NCBI GenBank assembly: GCA_032128875.1
Contig: JAVLKG010000005.1
Location: 1-64,000 of the forward strand
Length of the DNA stretch: 64,000 nucleotides
DNA from: Candidatus Melainabacteria bacterium 17Bon1m
GTDB lineage: Bacteria > Cyanobacteriota > Vampirovibrionia > Obscuribacterales > Obscuribacteraceae
Direction of reading: 5' to 3'
In this document: positions 28,004-37,363 of the stretch, one piece after another
Numbering within the stretch: the first letter of the stretch is position 1
How the letters are laid out: every line of letters starts with the position of its first letter
Notes under the pieces: generated by a model
The model's input: the letters and a program-made list of their open reading frames with translations, nothing else
What the model was told of the DNA's origin: nothing
Databases searched by the model: none
Translations under genes and position numbers: made by a program

Positions 28004-29332
28004 TTACTTGCCTGCGATCATCATGCTGCCGATCTTGAGGGTCGGCGAGGCGACCGAGGAGCGAAACTCCAGGTCGTTGCCGATTTCTTCGACCGACTTG
28101 AGCATCGCCAGCACGTTGCCGGCAATGGTGATTTCCTGGACGGGATAGGCGAGTTCGCCGTTCTCGATCCAGATGCCCGAGGCGCCGCGCGAGTAGTCGC
28201 CGGTGACGCCGTTGAAACCGGGGCCGGAGACGTGCGTCAGGTACAACCCGTTCTTGACCGTCTTGATGATCTCCTCGGGAGTCTTCGTGCCGGGCTTGAT
28301 GTAGAGGTTGGTCTGGCTGCCGCCGTTGGGCTTGGTGCCGAGCTTGCGAGCGGAATAGCTGTCGAGGAAGTAGCTGGCCAGAACGCCGTTGTCGACGATC
28401 GTGCGCTGACGCGACGCCTGCCCTTCGCCGTTGAACGGGCGAGATCCGAGGCCGCCGGGCATCAACCCGTCGTCGATGATGGTGAGTTCCGGGCACGCGA
28501 CCTGCTCGCCGAGCTTGTCGACGAGGAATGAGGTGCGCCGGTGGATGGCAGAGCCGTAGGCGACGCCGGCGAATTGACCGAGCAATTGCGCGGCCATGAC
28601 CGGGTCGAAGACCACTGGCACTTCTTGCGATGAGCCGCGCACGGCGCCGAGGCGACGCAGAACGCGACGTGCAGCTTCCTGGCCGATGGAGTCGGGGCTG
28701 CCGAGATTCGCCAGCTTGCGGTTGGAGGTATGCCAGCCGTCCGTCTGCATGCTGTCGCCTTGCTGGGCAATGATGGAACAGGACAGAGAGCAGCGGCTGC
28801 CGTTGTAGCTGCCGAGAAATCCGCGCGAGTTGGCGTAAACGGTCAGTCCGAAGCTATCCGAGAAGCTGGCGCCCTGCGAGTTGTTGATGCGCGTATCGAA
28901 ACCGAGAGCGGCGCTTTCGCAGGACTTCGCCATGGCGATCTTGTCGGCCACGGAGAGCTTGGACATGCTGGTGTCCGCCAGGTCGAGGTCGGGGATGAGC
29001 GATGCCAGGTCTTCCTTGTCGGGAAGTCCGGCGAACTCATCGGGCTGTGCCGCCTTGGCGACAACGATCAAGCTGCGCACGACCTTGGTGAGGGCGCGCC
29101 GCGTGAAGTCCGACGTGTTGGCGGTCGTGACGACCTTGCCGACGAAAACGCGCACAGTGAGCGAACGCCCCTGAGCTGCCGTTTCCAGCTTCTCCACGTC
29201 ACCCATGCGCACGGTCGTGTCGACCGAGCTCCAGGTGGAGATGGAGACATCCGAATCTGTTGCGCCGAGCCGCTTTGCTTCGCCAATGACGAATTGGGCA
29301 AGCGCTTCCAAACGAGCCTTGTCGTTTTTCAT
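28004..29332 (-). CDS. pmbA: PmbA/TldE family protein
   Basis: GLGSRPFNGEG, VTGDYSRGASG.WIENGE..PV.EITIAGN; adjacent to tldD. Confidence 0.93.
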   Translation of the reverse strand: MKNDKARLEALAQFVIGEAKRLGATDSDVSISTWSSVDTTVRMGDVEKLETAAQGRSLTVRVFVGKVVTTANTSDFTRRALTKVVRSLIVVAKAAQPDEFAGLPDKEDLASLIPDLDLADTSMSKLSVADKIAMAKSCESAALGFDTRINNSQGASFSDSFGLTVYANSRGFLGSYNGSRCSLSCSIIAQQGDSMQTDGWHTSNRKLANLGSPDSIGQEAARRVLRRLGAVRGSSQEVPVVFDPVMAAQLLGQFAGVAYGSAIHRRTSFLVDKLGEQVACPELTIIDDGLMPGGLGSRPFNGEGQASRQRTIVDNGVLASYFLDSYSARKLGTKPNGGSQTNLYIKPGTKTPEEIIKTVKNGLYLTHVSGPGFNGVTGDYSRGASGIWIENGELAYPVQEITIAGNVLAMLKSVEEIGNDLEFRSSVASPTLKIGSMMIAGK

Positions 29333-29346
29333 AACTTGTCTCCTTC

Positions 29347-30795
29347 TTAGCGACCGGTGCCACCGACGGTGACACCGTCGATGCGGATTGTGGGCATGCC
29401 GACGCCGACGGGAACGCTCTGACCTCGCTTGCCGCAGGTGCCCGTCCCCTCGTCCAGCGCCATGTCGTTGCCGACCATGGACACGTTGTGGAGGGACTTC
29501 GGACCGTTGCCGATCAAGGTCGCGCCTTTCACTGCCTTCGTCAATTTGCCGTCCTCGATAAGGATGGCCGACGTGGCGGAGAACGTGTAGTCACCGTTCG
29601 TAATGTCCACCTGTCCGCCACCGAATGTGACAGCGTAGAGTCCGCGCTTGACGGACTTGATGATCTCTTCGGGCGTCGATTGACCGCCGGCGAGATACGT
29701 GTTGGTCATGCGAGGCATCGGCACGTTGCGGTAGCTTTCGCGCCGACCGTTGCCGGTGGAGCCCTGGCGCATCAGACCGCCGTTGGTGCGATCCTGCAGG
29801 TAGCCCTTGAGGACGCCCTTCTCGATGAGAACAGTGTTGCCGGTGGGCACACCTTCGTCGTCGATGTTGAGCGAGCCGCGGCGCCCCGGGACAGTGCCGT
29901 CGTCGATGATTGTGCAGAGATCGGACGCCACTTTCTGGCCGATCATCTTGGAGAACGCGGACGTTCCCTTGCGGTTGAAATCGCCTTCCAGACCGTGTCC
30001 GACTGCCTCGTGAATGAGGACGCCGGGCCAGCCGTTGCCGAGCACGACGGTCATTTCGCCGGCCGGTGCTTCCACTGCCGAGAGGAGCCCGATGGCTTCG
30101 GATGCGGCTTTCTGTGCGTGCTTCTTCCAGCGATCGTCTTCCAGGAAGAACTCGAAGTCGACGCGCCCGCCGCCGGAGGACGAGCCGGTTTCACGGCGCG
30201 AGCCTTCTTCGGCCAGGCACGAGACGCCCAGGCGAACCAGCGGGCGACGGTCGAGAATGAGGTCGCCGAGAGAAGTGACGATCACCACCGTCTCGTCCTG
30301 AATGCTCAGGCTGGCGGTGACGTTCTTGATGCGCGGGTCGTACTTGCGGCACTCCTTGTCGATCATCATGAGCAGATCGACCTTCTCCTGAAGCGGCAGC
30401 CCGATGAGGACGCCTTCCAGAGGATAGAGGTTGTGCGGCTTGCGCGCCGGACCGACCTGAACGGGCTCGACCGCCTGCGAATGCAGGGCGATGGTAGCAG
30501 CGTTGCGGGCGGCGGTCGTCAGATTGCGGAAGTTGACATGGTCGGTGTACGAATAACCGGTCTTGTCTCCGATAACGACACGGACGCCGGCTCCCGAAAC
30601 GTCGCTGCGCGAGGGGTTCTTGAGAATCCCCTGATCGTAGACGAGGCCTTCGGTGGTGCCGACCTGGAAATAGATGTCGCTGAAGGCACCCTTATCACGG
30701 CTGCCGATGGCGATGCCCAGCACTTTTTCCAGCTGAGCGGGAGTCAGTCCGAACGTCTTCGAGAGGTACTGACTCGGTGTGGTCAATTCTTTCAC
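29347..30795 (-). CDS. tldD: TldD metalloprotease subunit
   Basis: GWPGVLIHEAVGHGLEGDFNRKG, PMPRMTNT, CGK.GQSVPVGVG. Confidence 0.96.
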   Translation of the reverse strand: MKELTTPSQYLSKTFGLTPAQLEKVLGIAIGSRDKGAFSDIYFQVGTTEGLVYDQGILKNPSRSDVSGAGVRVVIGDKTGYSYTDHVNFRNLTTAARNAATIALHSQAVEPVQVGPARKPHNLYPLEGVLIGLPLQEKVDLLMMIDKECRKYDPRIKNVTASLSIQDETVVIVTSLGDLILDRRPLVRLGVSCLAEEGSRRETGSSSGGGRVDFEFFLEDDRWKKHAQKAASEAIGLLSAVEAPAGEMTVVLGNGWPGVLIHEAVGHGLEGDFNRKGTSAFSKMIGQKVASDLCTIIDDGTVPGRRGSLNIDDEGVPTGNTVLIEKGVLKGYLQDRTNGGLMRQGSTGNGRRESYRNVPMPRMTNTYLAGGQSTPEEIIKSVKRGLYAVTFGGGQVDITNGDYTFSATSAILIEDGKLTKAVKGATLIGNGPKSLHNVSMVGNDMALDEGTGTCGKRGQSVPVGVGMPTIRIDGVTVGGTGR

Positions 30796-31026
30796 GTTGT
30801 ACTCCTGATCCGTCTATTTTAGCAGACTGAGAGCGAGGCAACCTTCATGGTCGCCCCGCCCTTCAATCCGCATAGACATTTTGGGCGCGCACCAGGATTG
30901 GTGTCGCCGGTGGTGACATGTCGATTTCCGCCAACAGGAACATGCGTCCCATTTCTTAGAGCGCACAAGCGGCGCTCCGACGGAAGATGTTCAACCGGCG
31001 GCGCGATGAGAGCACCGCGCCGGTTT

Positions 31027-32160
31027 TCATTTTTTGAAGCGAGATTCTTTCTCTTCGCGGTCTTTGATCTCTTGGCGGAACGGTTTGGTGAAACGCCGGT
31101 TCGAGCGGATGCCCGTCAGCCAGCCCTTCCACCACATCCACGCGACGAGCCCGCCCATCATCAGCGCCATAATGCAGAGAGCAAACGGATAACCGAATTG
31201 CCAGTCCAGCTCAGGCATATTGAAGGGTGACTTGTCGCCGTGGAAGTTCATGCCGTAGATGCCGGCCACGAAAGTGGGTGGAATAAACAGCGTCGAGATG
31301 ATCGTCAGCACGCGCAGAATCTCGTTCATGCGGCTGTTTTCCCTGCTCATTTGCAGTTCCATCAAGTCCGAGCACATCGTCTGGTGGCTTTCCACCATTT
31401 CGATAATGCGCAGAGCGTGGTCGTAGCAATCGCGCAGATGCAGCCGCGTTTCGTTATGAACGAGATTGATGTTCTCGCGCTGCAAGCTCGCCAGCGCGTC
31501 GCGCACAGGCCAGATGGTCTGACGCAGCGCCCAGATGTCACGCTTGATGGCGTGTATGCGAGCAGCGTGGTGTTGATCGTGGCGCCGGAAGATTTCCTCT
31601 TCCAGGTCGTTGAGGCGGTCCCCCAGTGTCTTCAACACCGGAAAGAATCCATCCACGACCATGTCCACAATCGAGTAGGCCAGGTAGTCCGCAGTGATGC
31701 TGCGAACCGAATCCGGAGCCATATTGCGCAGGTATTTGCGCAACGGTTCCAAGCAATCACCTCCGGCTCTCTCCTGGAACGTAATAACGAAGTTGTTCCC
31801 GAAGAAGAGGCTGAGCTGCTCGGAGGTAATCTTCTCCTGCAGAGCAACCATGCGCGTGACGATGAAGTGATACTTGGGATAGTGCTCCACCTTCGGGCGC
31901 TGTCGGGCGTTCTTCACGTCCTCCAGCGAGAGTCGGTGCAGCTCGAAGATTTTGCCGAATTCGCCGAGTGTTTCCTCGTCGACCGGTCCGTCGAAGTCTA
32001 CCCAAATAACCGGCACAGTGCCGCGCAACGCCTTGATTTCGGCGGGCGTGAGACCGGTGGTTTCGTGGACTTCCTCGGGGCCGATAGCAAATACATGAGC
32101 AGAGACCGGTTTTTCGGGCGTGCCCGTTTCATCGGTCTGATTGGTCTGATTAGTAGTCAT
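31027..32160 (-). CDS. corA: Magnesium/cobalt transporter CorA
   Basis: QRPKVE, YGMNF and MPEL motifs; two C-terminal TMs; GAGGAG SD before ATG 32160. Confidence 0.93.
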   Translation of the reverse strand: MTTNQTNQTDETGTPEKPVSAHVFAIGPEEVHETTGLTPAEIKALRGTVPVIWVDFDGPVDEETLGEFGKIFELHRLSLEDVKNARQRPKVEHYPKYHFIVTRMVALQEKITSEQLSLFFGNNFVITFQERAGGDCLEPLRKYLRNMAPDSVRSITADYLAYSIVDMVVDGFFPVLKTLGDRLNDLEEEIFRRHDQHHAARIHAIKRDIWALRQTIWPVRDALASLQRENINLVHNETRLHLRDCYDHALRIIEMVESHQTMCSDLMELQMSRENSRMNEILRVLTIISTLFIPPTFVAGIYGMNFHGDKSPFNMPELDWQFGYPFALCIMALMMGGLVAWMWWKGWLTGIRSNRRFTKPFRQEIKDREEKESRFKK

Positions 32161-32355
32161 TTTCGACTCCTCGGGTTGGCTCTCTACCTGCGTAGGCAAA
32201 GCGCATGCGCTTCCCTGACAGAGAGCCGCATGCGGCTCCCGTACAGGCAAAGAGCAGGCAGATGACTGCCTGATTTCGAAGAGCGAGTAGAGGGGAAGCG
32301 CAGCAGACTTTTGCCGTCCGCACTTCGCTCCTCCAATTTCGCTTGTTGGCTTCCG

Positions 32356-32871
32356 TTAGACGGCAGGAACCCACTTGAGGTCGGCGACCAGTCCCTGGGT
32401 CAGGTTTTCCACCTGGGGATGCCAGCCGCCGCGAGAGAAGAGCAGTCGGCAGTCGGTGACCTCCGCGGGGAGCCGATCTTCGTCGGTAACCACGCGGAAG
32501 TAATCTTGCTGCAGGGCCAGCGCCACGCGATCGAAGATCTGTGGAACCGGCTTGCCGATGCGCTTCGCCAGGCGGGCGGGGTGGTAGCGATTGCCGATGG
32601 AAAGATCGGGGTCGATCGCTGCCTGCAGGTCGTTCTCCCGCAAGTAGGAGAAGGAGAGGAACAACGTTCCCGGCTCGGAGTTGTTGTCCGAGCTCAGCCC
32701 TTCCACGCGGAACGTCGCGCATCGCCCGTTGAGAGAGCCGGTGGTGACTACCTTCTCCTCTTCCAGGCGGATGTTCAGTTCCTGGTCGGCCAGCCCTTCT
32801 AAGATCGGTCCGATGATGGCGCGCAGCCGTGCATCTGGTCCTGAGGCTGCGGGCTTGTCGTTCGTGTTCAT
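32356..32871 (-). CDS. Hypothetical protein
   Basis: GGAG SD before ATG 32871; co-oriented in the gene run. Confidence 0.7.
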   Translation of the reverse strand: MNTNDKPAASGPDARLRAIIGPILEGLADQELNIRLEEEKVVTTGSLNGRCATFRVEGLSSDNNSEPGTLFLSFSYLRENDLQAAIDPDLSIGNRYHPARLAKRIGKPVPQIFDRVALALQQDYFRVVTDEDRLPAEVTDCRLLFSRGGWHPQVENLTQGLVADLKWVPAV

Positions 32872-33032
32872 TGGTTTTCTCCGTGCGTCCCGGGTTGGGA
32901 CATGCGCGTACGGCAGCAGGCATCGCAGAGAGAAACAATCATGTCTCTCCCCGCAGTGCCGGGCCGCCGAACGCAAGGCTTCACTATGGCACTAGATGTG
33001 GTGCCAGATTTGGCTGCAATGAATGCCAATTC

Positions 33033-34094
33033 TCATGCACAAATGCGCTTGAGAGCCTCCAGATATTTCGCCGCTCCGGCCGGATGCAGTCCGATGGCGG
33101 CGTAGCGCGGTTTGTCCTTGTCGGCGCGCTTGATTTGCTTCATCTCCACCTTGCCCCAGTTGGCGATGTCTGCCTTGCTGGGCAGGCATGGGGCGGCGGT
33201 GATCTTCACCGGCACCACGTTGTAGATGGCGTTGCGCAGCTCGGTGTCGAGGCTGAACGCTGCCACCACATCGTGTATGAAGATGAGCTCGTCGGGGTTT
33301 TTCTCCTGGCGCGGACGCACGGCGGCGTCGTACCAGAGCGCGTACAGAATGCACAGCGCGCGGGTCCCGTCATTGTCGGGAAGCGCCTCTCGCAGCTTCT
33401 GCACGTTGAAGAAGCCGATGTCCTTGACGCGGGTGACTTCCGTCGGCATCAAGTAAATCGGGCAGTCCAGCCCCATGAGGACGAAGTGCGAGGACAACGG
33501 GTCGCAAGCGACGTTGAACTGCACGGCGCCGCGCGGGGTTTTGTCGCCGAAGTCCATGAGCGAAACGTTGCCCCACGTTGCAAACATCGCGTGCACTTCT
33601 TTGAAGCGGCTCACGACTTCGGGGCAGCGCTCGATCACTTGCTTGAGCCCGGTCATCGGTCCGCCGACGGCGACCATGACAGAACCTTCGGCCTGCTCGA
33701 GAATGAGCTTCACCAGGTCTTCCTGCGGCTCCAGCTCACTGTGCCGAATGGCGGACAGCGGGTCGACGTCGTGGAACTTGTAGTACTCGGCGAAGTGCAC
33801 CCAGTGCGGAACAAGCGTGCGAGGAGCGATGCCGCCGTCGTACACGCGGGTGACCGAGATGCCGAAGTGGCGCAGGAAATTCTTGGCGCGCACGGCAGAA
33901 GCTTGTTGCGCCATGTGGGAGCTCTTGTAGTCCCATTCCCAGTGCTTGTGCTCTTTGGTGGCGTTGAACTTCACCGGTCTGCCGGTCAGGCAGACGGCGA
34001 CCTCAGCGTCAGGGTTGAGTTTGCAGAGGGCCAGGAGCTGGACGAAGTTGTCCGGGTCCGGCGCGTCGATGAAAGCGAGGATGAGCGGTCTCAT
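33033..34094 (-). CDS. Nucleoside hydrolase (IU-NH) family protein, divergent
   Basis: N-terminal DAPDPDN, VGGPMT, QFNVACDP and HDVVAA parallel IU-NH motifs; AAGGAG SD. Confidence 0.8.
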   Translation of the reverse strand: MRPLILAFIDAPDPDNFVQLLALCKLNPDAEVAVCLTGRPVKFNATKEHKHWEWDYKSSHMAQQASAVRAKNFLRHFGISVTRVYDGGIAPRTLVPHWVHFAEYYKFHDVDPLSAIRHSELEPQEDLVKLILEQAEGSVMVAVGGPMTGLKQVIERCPEVVSRFKEVHAMFATWGNVSLMDFGDKTPRGAVQFNVACDPLSSHFVLMGLDCPIYLMPTEVTRVKDIGFFNVQKLREALPDNDGTRALCILYALWYDAAVRPRQEKNPDELIFIHDVVAAFSLDTELRNAIYNVVPVKITAAPCLPSKADIANWGKVEMKQIKRADKDKPRYAAIGLHPAGAAKYLEALKRICA

Positions 34095-34226
34095 ATTTTT
34101 CTCCTTGAGGCGGCACGAACTGAGTTGGCGCCGCCTGGTTCGAAGCGTGTGTGCTCCGTAGAGGAAAGGCAGGGCACGCGGCTGCAAACGTTGCAGTACG
34201 CCCCCTGCCGAAGTGACAGACTCTGC

Positions 34227-34673
34227 TTACTTGTAGTGCAGCGGACCGTGGTTGAGCTGCTTGCCTTCGACGGTTTCTTCGCCCTCGACGACAGCCTCCA
34301 CGTGCCGGACGATTTCCACCACTTGCTTCTTGAGCTGTTCGACCGAAGCGAAAGTGGCTTGCTCAGCCTCTTGCGCAGTGACACCACTGGTCTGCGCCAG
34401 CATCATCGTGGTGCCGATGAAACACGTAACCGTGGAACCTTCCAGCGGTTGCTCGATCATGCCCGGACCGCGAAAGCCCAGTTGTGATGCGATGGTGCTG
34501 ATCAGACCGTGCGCGATCGCCGTCTGCTGAATGACATACGCGCGCACGACGCCGGAGAGCGAGTTGTGCGGCCAGTCACGGCTGCGGGCTTTGCTCTCGG
34601 TTTCGTTGAGGCGCGAAGTCAGTCCAGCCAGCGTGCGCCGTACCGAATCGATTTTTGCGACTTGTGTTTCCAT
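34227..34673 (-). CDS. Hypothetical protein
   Basis: AAGGA SD before ATG 34673. Confidence 0.7.
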   Translation of the reverse strand: METQVAKIDSVRRTLAGLTSRLNETESKARSRDWPHNSLSGVVRAYVIQQTAIAHGLISTIASQLGFRGPGMIEQPLEGSTVTCFIGTTMMLAQTSGVTAQEAEQATFASVEQLKKQVVEIVRHVEAVVEGEETVEGKQLNHGPLHYK

Positions 34674-34818
34674 GATTTTCCTTTTGGGAAATTTCTCTTT
34701 GCAGAGAAGTTTTAGGACTCGCCATGGCGAGGATACGCAGATGAGCACTGGGTGCCCGTCGCCTCACCTTAAACACTACTTGCGTGCCGCCATGGCTATC
34801 CCAGGTTTTAGACGGTGA

Positions 34819-35985
34819 TCAGGCAGCGCCGTCTTCGAGCGCCTGTTTCACCTTGGTGAGGAGCTGACCGTGGTCGAATGCCAGCGGGTTGGCCAGCACT
34901 TCGTCCAGGTCTTCGAACCGAGCGGAGCCCGGCTTGGCGTCGTCACCCGCCGAAACGTTGGCGAGCACTTCAGCCTCTCTCTCGGGCGGCACGATGTACA
35001 CGTAGCCGTGATCGACCACGTGCCCGCGCGCGTCGCGAGTGGGTTCGGAACGCACGTCAACGAGGAAGACATCGTCTTCGCTCACTTCGTACGTGAACTT
35101 CGAGAGTCCGGGCGCGAGGTCACGCCGCACGAAGCATTCCTCGGTCACCTCGCGAGCCGCGCCTTTGGGCAGGTTCTCGAGATGGACGTTGAGGAATCCA
35201 CCGGGCAGGCTGTCCATGTCCTTGTAGGGGAAGCCTCCACGCTTGATGACCAGCACCTTGCGCGACCGTGGGAGGACAACCGCAGTCGTGGTCGTGCAAT
35301 CCGCCTTGGGATATGCGTAGACCTTGAGCTGTATTGCAGTGAGCAGCGACGGAACAGCGCCCGACACCGTCATCTGGTAGTGCTCTTCGTTGAGCTCGAG
35401 CAACTTGCTGTGCATCGCCGGCGTCATGTTGACGGCGTCGACGACGACAATCGGCGAATAGCCCTTGGAGCGCAGCTGAGCGCAAACGAGCTTAAGCCGA
35501 TGAGGAGTTGCTGCGCCGGTCACGAGAACATGAGCACCGTCGTCGACCGTGACCGGGAACGAGCGGAATTTGTTGACTGCGTGAACGACTGGGATGCCGT
35601 TGGCTTTCGCCGATTCGAGCAGGGGCTCATAACCGGGTTGGGCTGCGGGTCCGTCAATGACGAGAACAGCGAATTTCTTGCCGAGAAGCCCGAACTGGAA
35701 GACGCCGAACAGTCCCAGAAGCGGGAATGCCAGCATCGCCAGTAACGAACTGGGCAGCAACATGCCGATCGCCACAGCTACCACGTAGAGAAGCAGTGTG
35801 TTGAACAGCATGTGAAACGGCTTGCGTGCAATGGCAGCCAAACCGCCGAAGTACATACATCCTGCTGCCAAGCCTGCGGTAGCGCATGCCAGGGCACCGA
35901 AGAGCGCGGTCGCGCGATCTTGGACCATGAATGCTACCAACAGGCTAAGCATCACAGGAATGAACAGTTGGAACTTACGATTCAT
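34819..35985 (-). CDS. Membrane-anchored fusion: TM region, degenerate isochorismatase-like domain, Nudix hydrolase
   Basis: 4 TMs; AVLVID..GIPVVH..LVTGAAT..VVVDAV; LPGGF...AAREVTEE Nudix box, RDARGH, LAFDH; AGGAG SD. Confidence 0.8.
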   Translation of the reverse strand: MNRKFQLFIPVMLSLLVAFMVQDRATALFGALACATAGLAAGCMYFGGLAAIARKPFHMLFNTLLLYVVAVAIGMLLPSSLLAMLAFPLLGLFGVFQFGLLGKKFAVLVIDGPAAQPGYEPLLESAKANGIPVVHAVNKFRSFPVTVDDGAHVLVTGAATPHRLKLVCAQLRSKGYSPIVVVDAVNMTPAMHSKLLELNEEHYQMTVSGAVPSLLTAIQLKVYAYPKADCTTTTAVVLPRSRKVLVIKRGGFPYKDMDSLPGGFLNVHLENLPKGAAREVTEECFVRRDLAPGLSKFTYEVSEDDVFLVDVRSEPTRDARGHVVDHGYVYIVPPEREAEVLANVSAGDDAKPGSARFEDLDEVLANPLAFDHGQLLTKVKQALEDGAA

Positions 35986-37363
35986 GTGATCTCCTAACTG
36001 CCATCTGAACTTTCGCTCAGGTGGTTCAAGAAACCTCTAGTTTTCAGCGAGAGTGCTTGGCAACCCAAAATTTCGTTACTGAGATCTCAGGCACGCTTTT
36101 TGCGTGTCTAGAAAGAAATGGGGATCAGGAACGTGTCTTGGACTGTAAGTATTGGCTGTTAACTAGAAGCAGGAAAGAAGCGTTATGAGAGTAAGGAATT
36201 TAAAAATCCCGACGCCATGATCGTTCTGTTCATAATGGGAGATCTTGTTGAAAACCTCTCTAATGAAGCCCTGTAGAAGCTCTCGCAAGTTATCAAGACA
36301 CTGTAGCGTGGTTAGCGCTAGATCAAGCTATAAGTGTGATTCGCTGTGCATAGCCTTTGATCAAACTCATAAAAGAAAAAGCCGGGAGAATTTCTTCCCC
36401 CGGTTCTTTCCTGTGCGGCCAAAAAAAATTAAGCGATGCACACCTGCAAATTATTGAGGGGGAAGGCTGCGGGAGTATGCACGTGTGAGCGCAATCGGGC
36501 GTTTTCGCTGAGCGAGTCGGCAATACAAAACACCTCGCCTATAACTTCCCATTCGGCGCGGGGATCGCTCAGATTGCCGCAAATTGTGAGGTTTGTCCCT
36601 GGTTTGCCACCATCGGTGATGCTGCTTCTGATGGCTGTTTTTACGAACGTTTTGAGAAGGGATGGACTGGACTCTACCGCCGTGCGTTTTTCTCTGCGCT
36701 GGAGCAGTCCTCTTAAGATGAGCTTGCCATAAGGGTTTTGCTCGAATAGCAAAATTCTTGTTCGCGCAATCTCGCACGAAGTTCGTTTTGTCAATCTTGC
36801 GCAGATGCTGCAACGGTCTCAGGCGCGATGAAATTCGCTCAATGTTTTCAATTTCGAGCCGCCTTTTTTCAACCTCTGCAAGCCCCGCCAATTCTGAGTT
36901 TTCGGGGTCTGAATTTATTTGCACTGTTTCATGTTTGCGAAACTAAAAGCCTGTCCAGCGATTCGCTCACGGCTTTGTGGATGACTTGCGAAATGATTAA
37001 CGAAACATTAATAGCTCTGTAAACCCTTGGCGTATAAGGCTTAGCTATCACTCTTATTCAACTCTTGACCAAGGAAGTAAACGCGCAAGCATTTACTCAA
37101 GCACCAGAAACACCTTGCTATGTACCTGAAACTTCGTGTGCGCACGGGGTCGATTTTGCAGGGCTTCGTTTTGGTGCTTGCTTCCCTTTCGTCAGAGGCT
37201 TCGCGTATGCGAAGAACGAGTTATCGCCACAGATTCACTGGTCGATGTCGCGTCGTGCCAGGAACGTCATTGTTCAACTTCGGTTGCACTGATGTTTGCC
37301 ATATAGCGATCTGTTCTCTCTCTCTCTCAACCGATTCTTCGGAATTAGACAAGGACGACAGTT

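Noticed and set aside
28004-30795. TldD/E-associated RiPP cluster
   Set aside because: No precursor peptide or modification enzymes (YcaO, radical SAM) nearby
29488-30822. Long antisense ORFs (also 7214..8620, 9368..10825, 31240..32265, 32829..34487)
   Set aside because: Shadow frames of high-GC3 genes on the opposite strand, with no motifs of their own
36000-37360. Genes or structured ncRNA in the long intergenic region
   Set aside because: The short ORFs lack SDs, motifs and codon bias, and I recognised no RNA family; a covariance-model search would be needed
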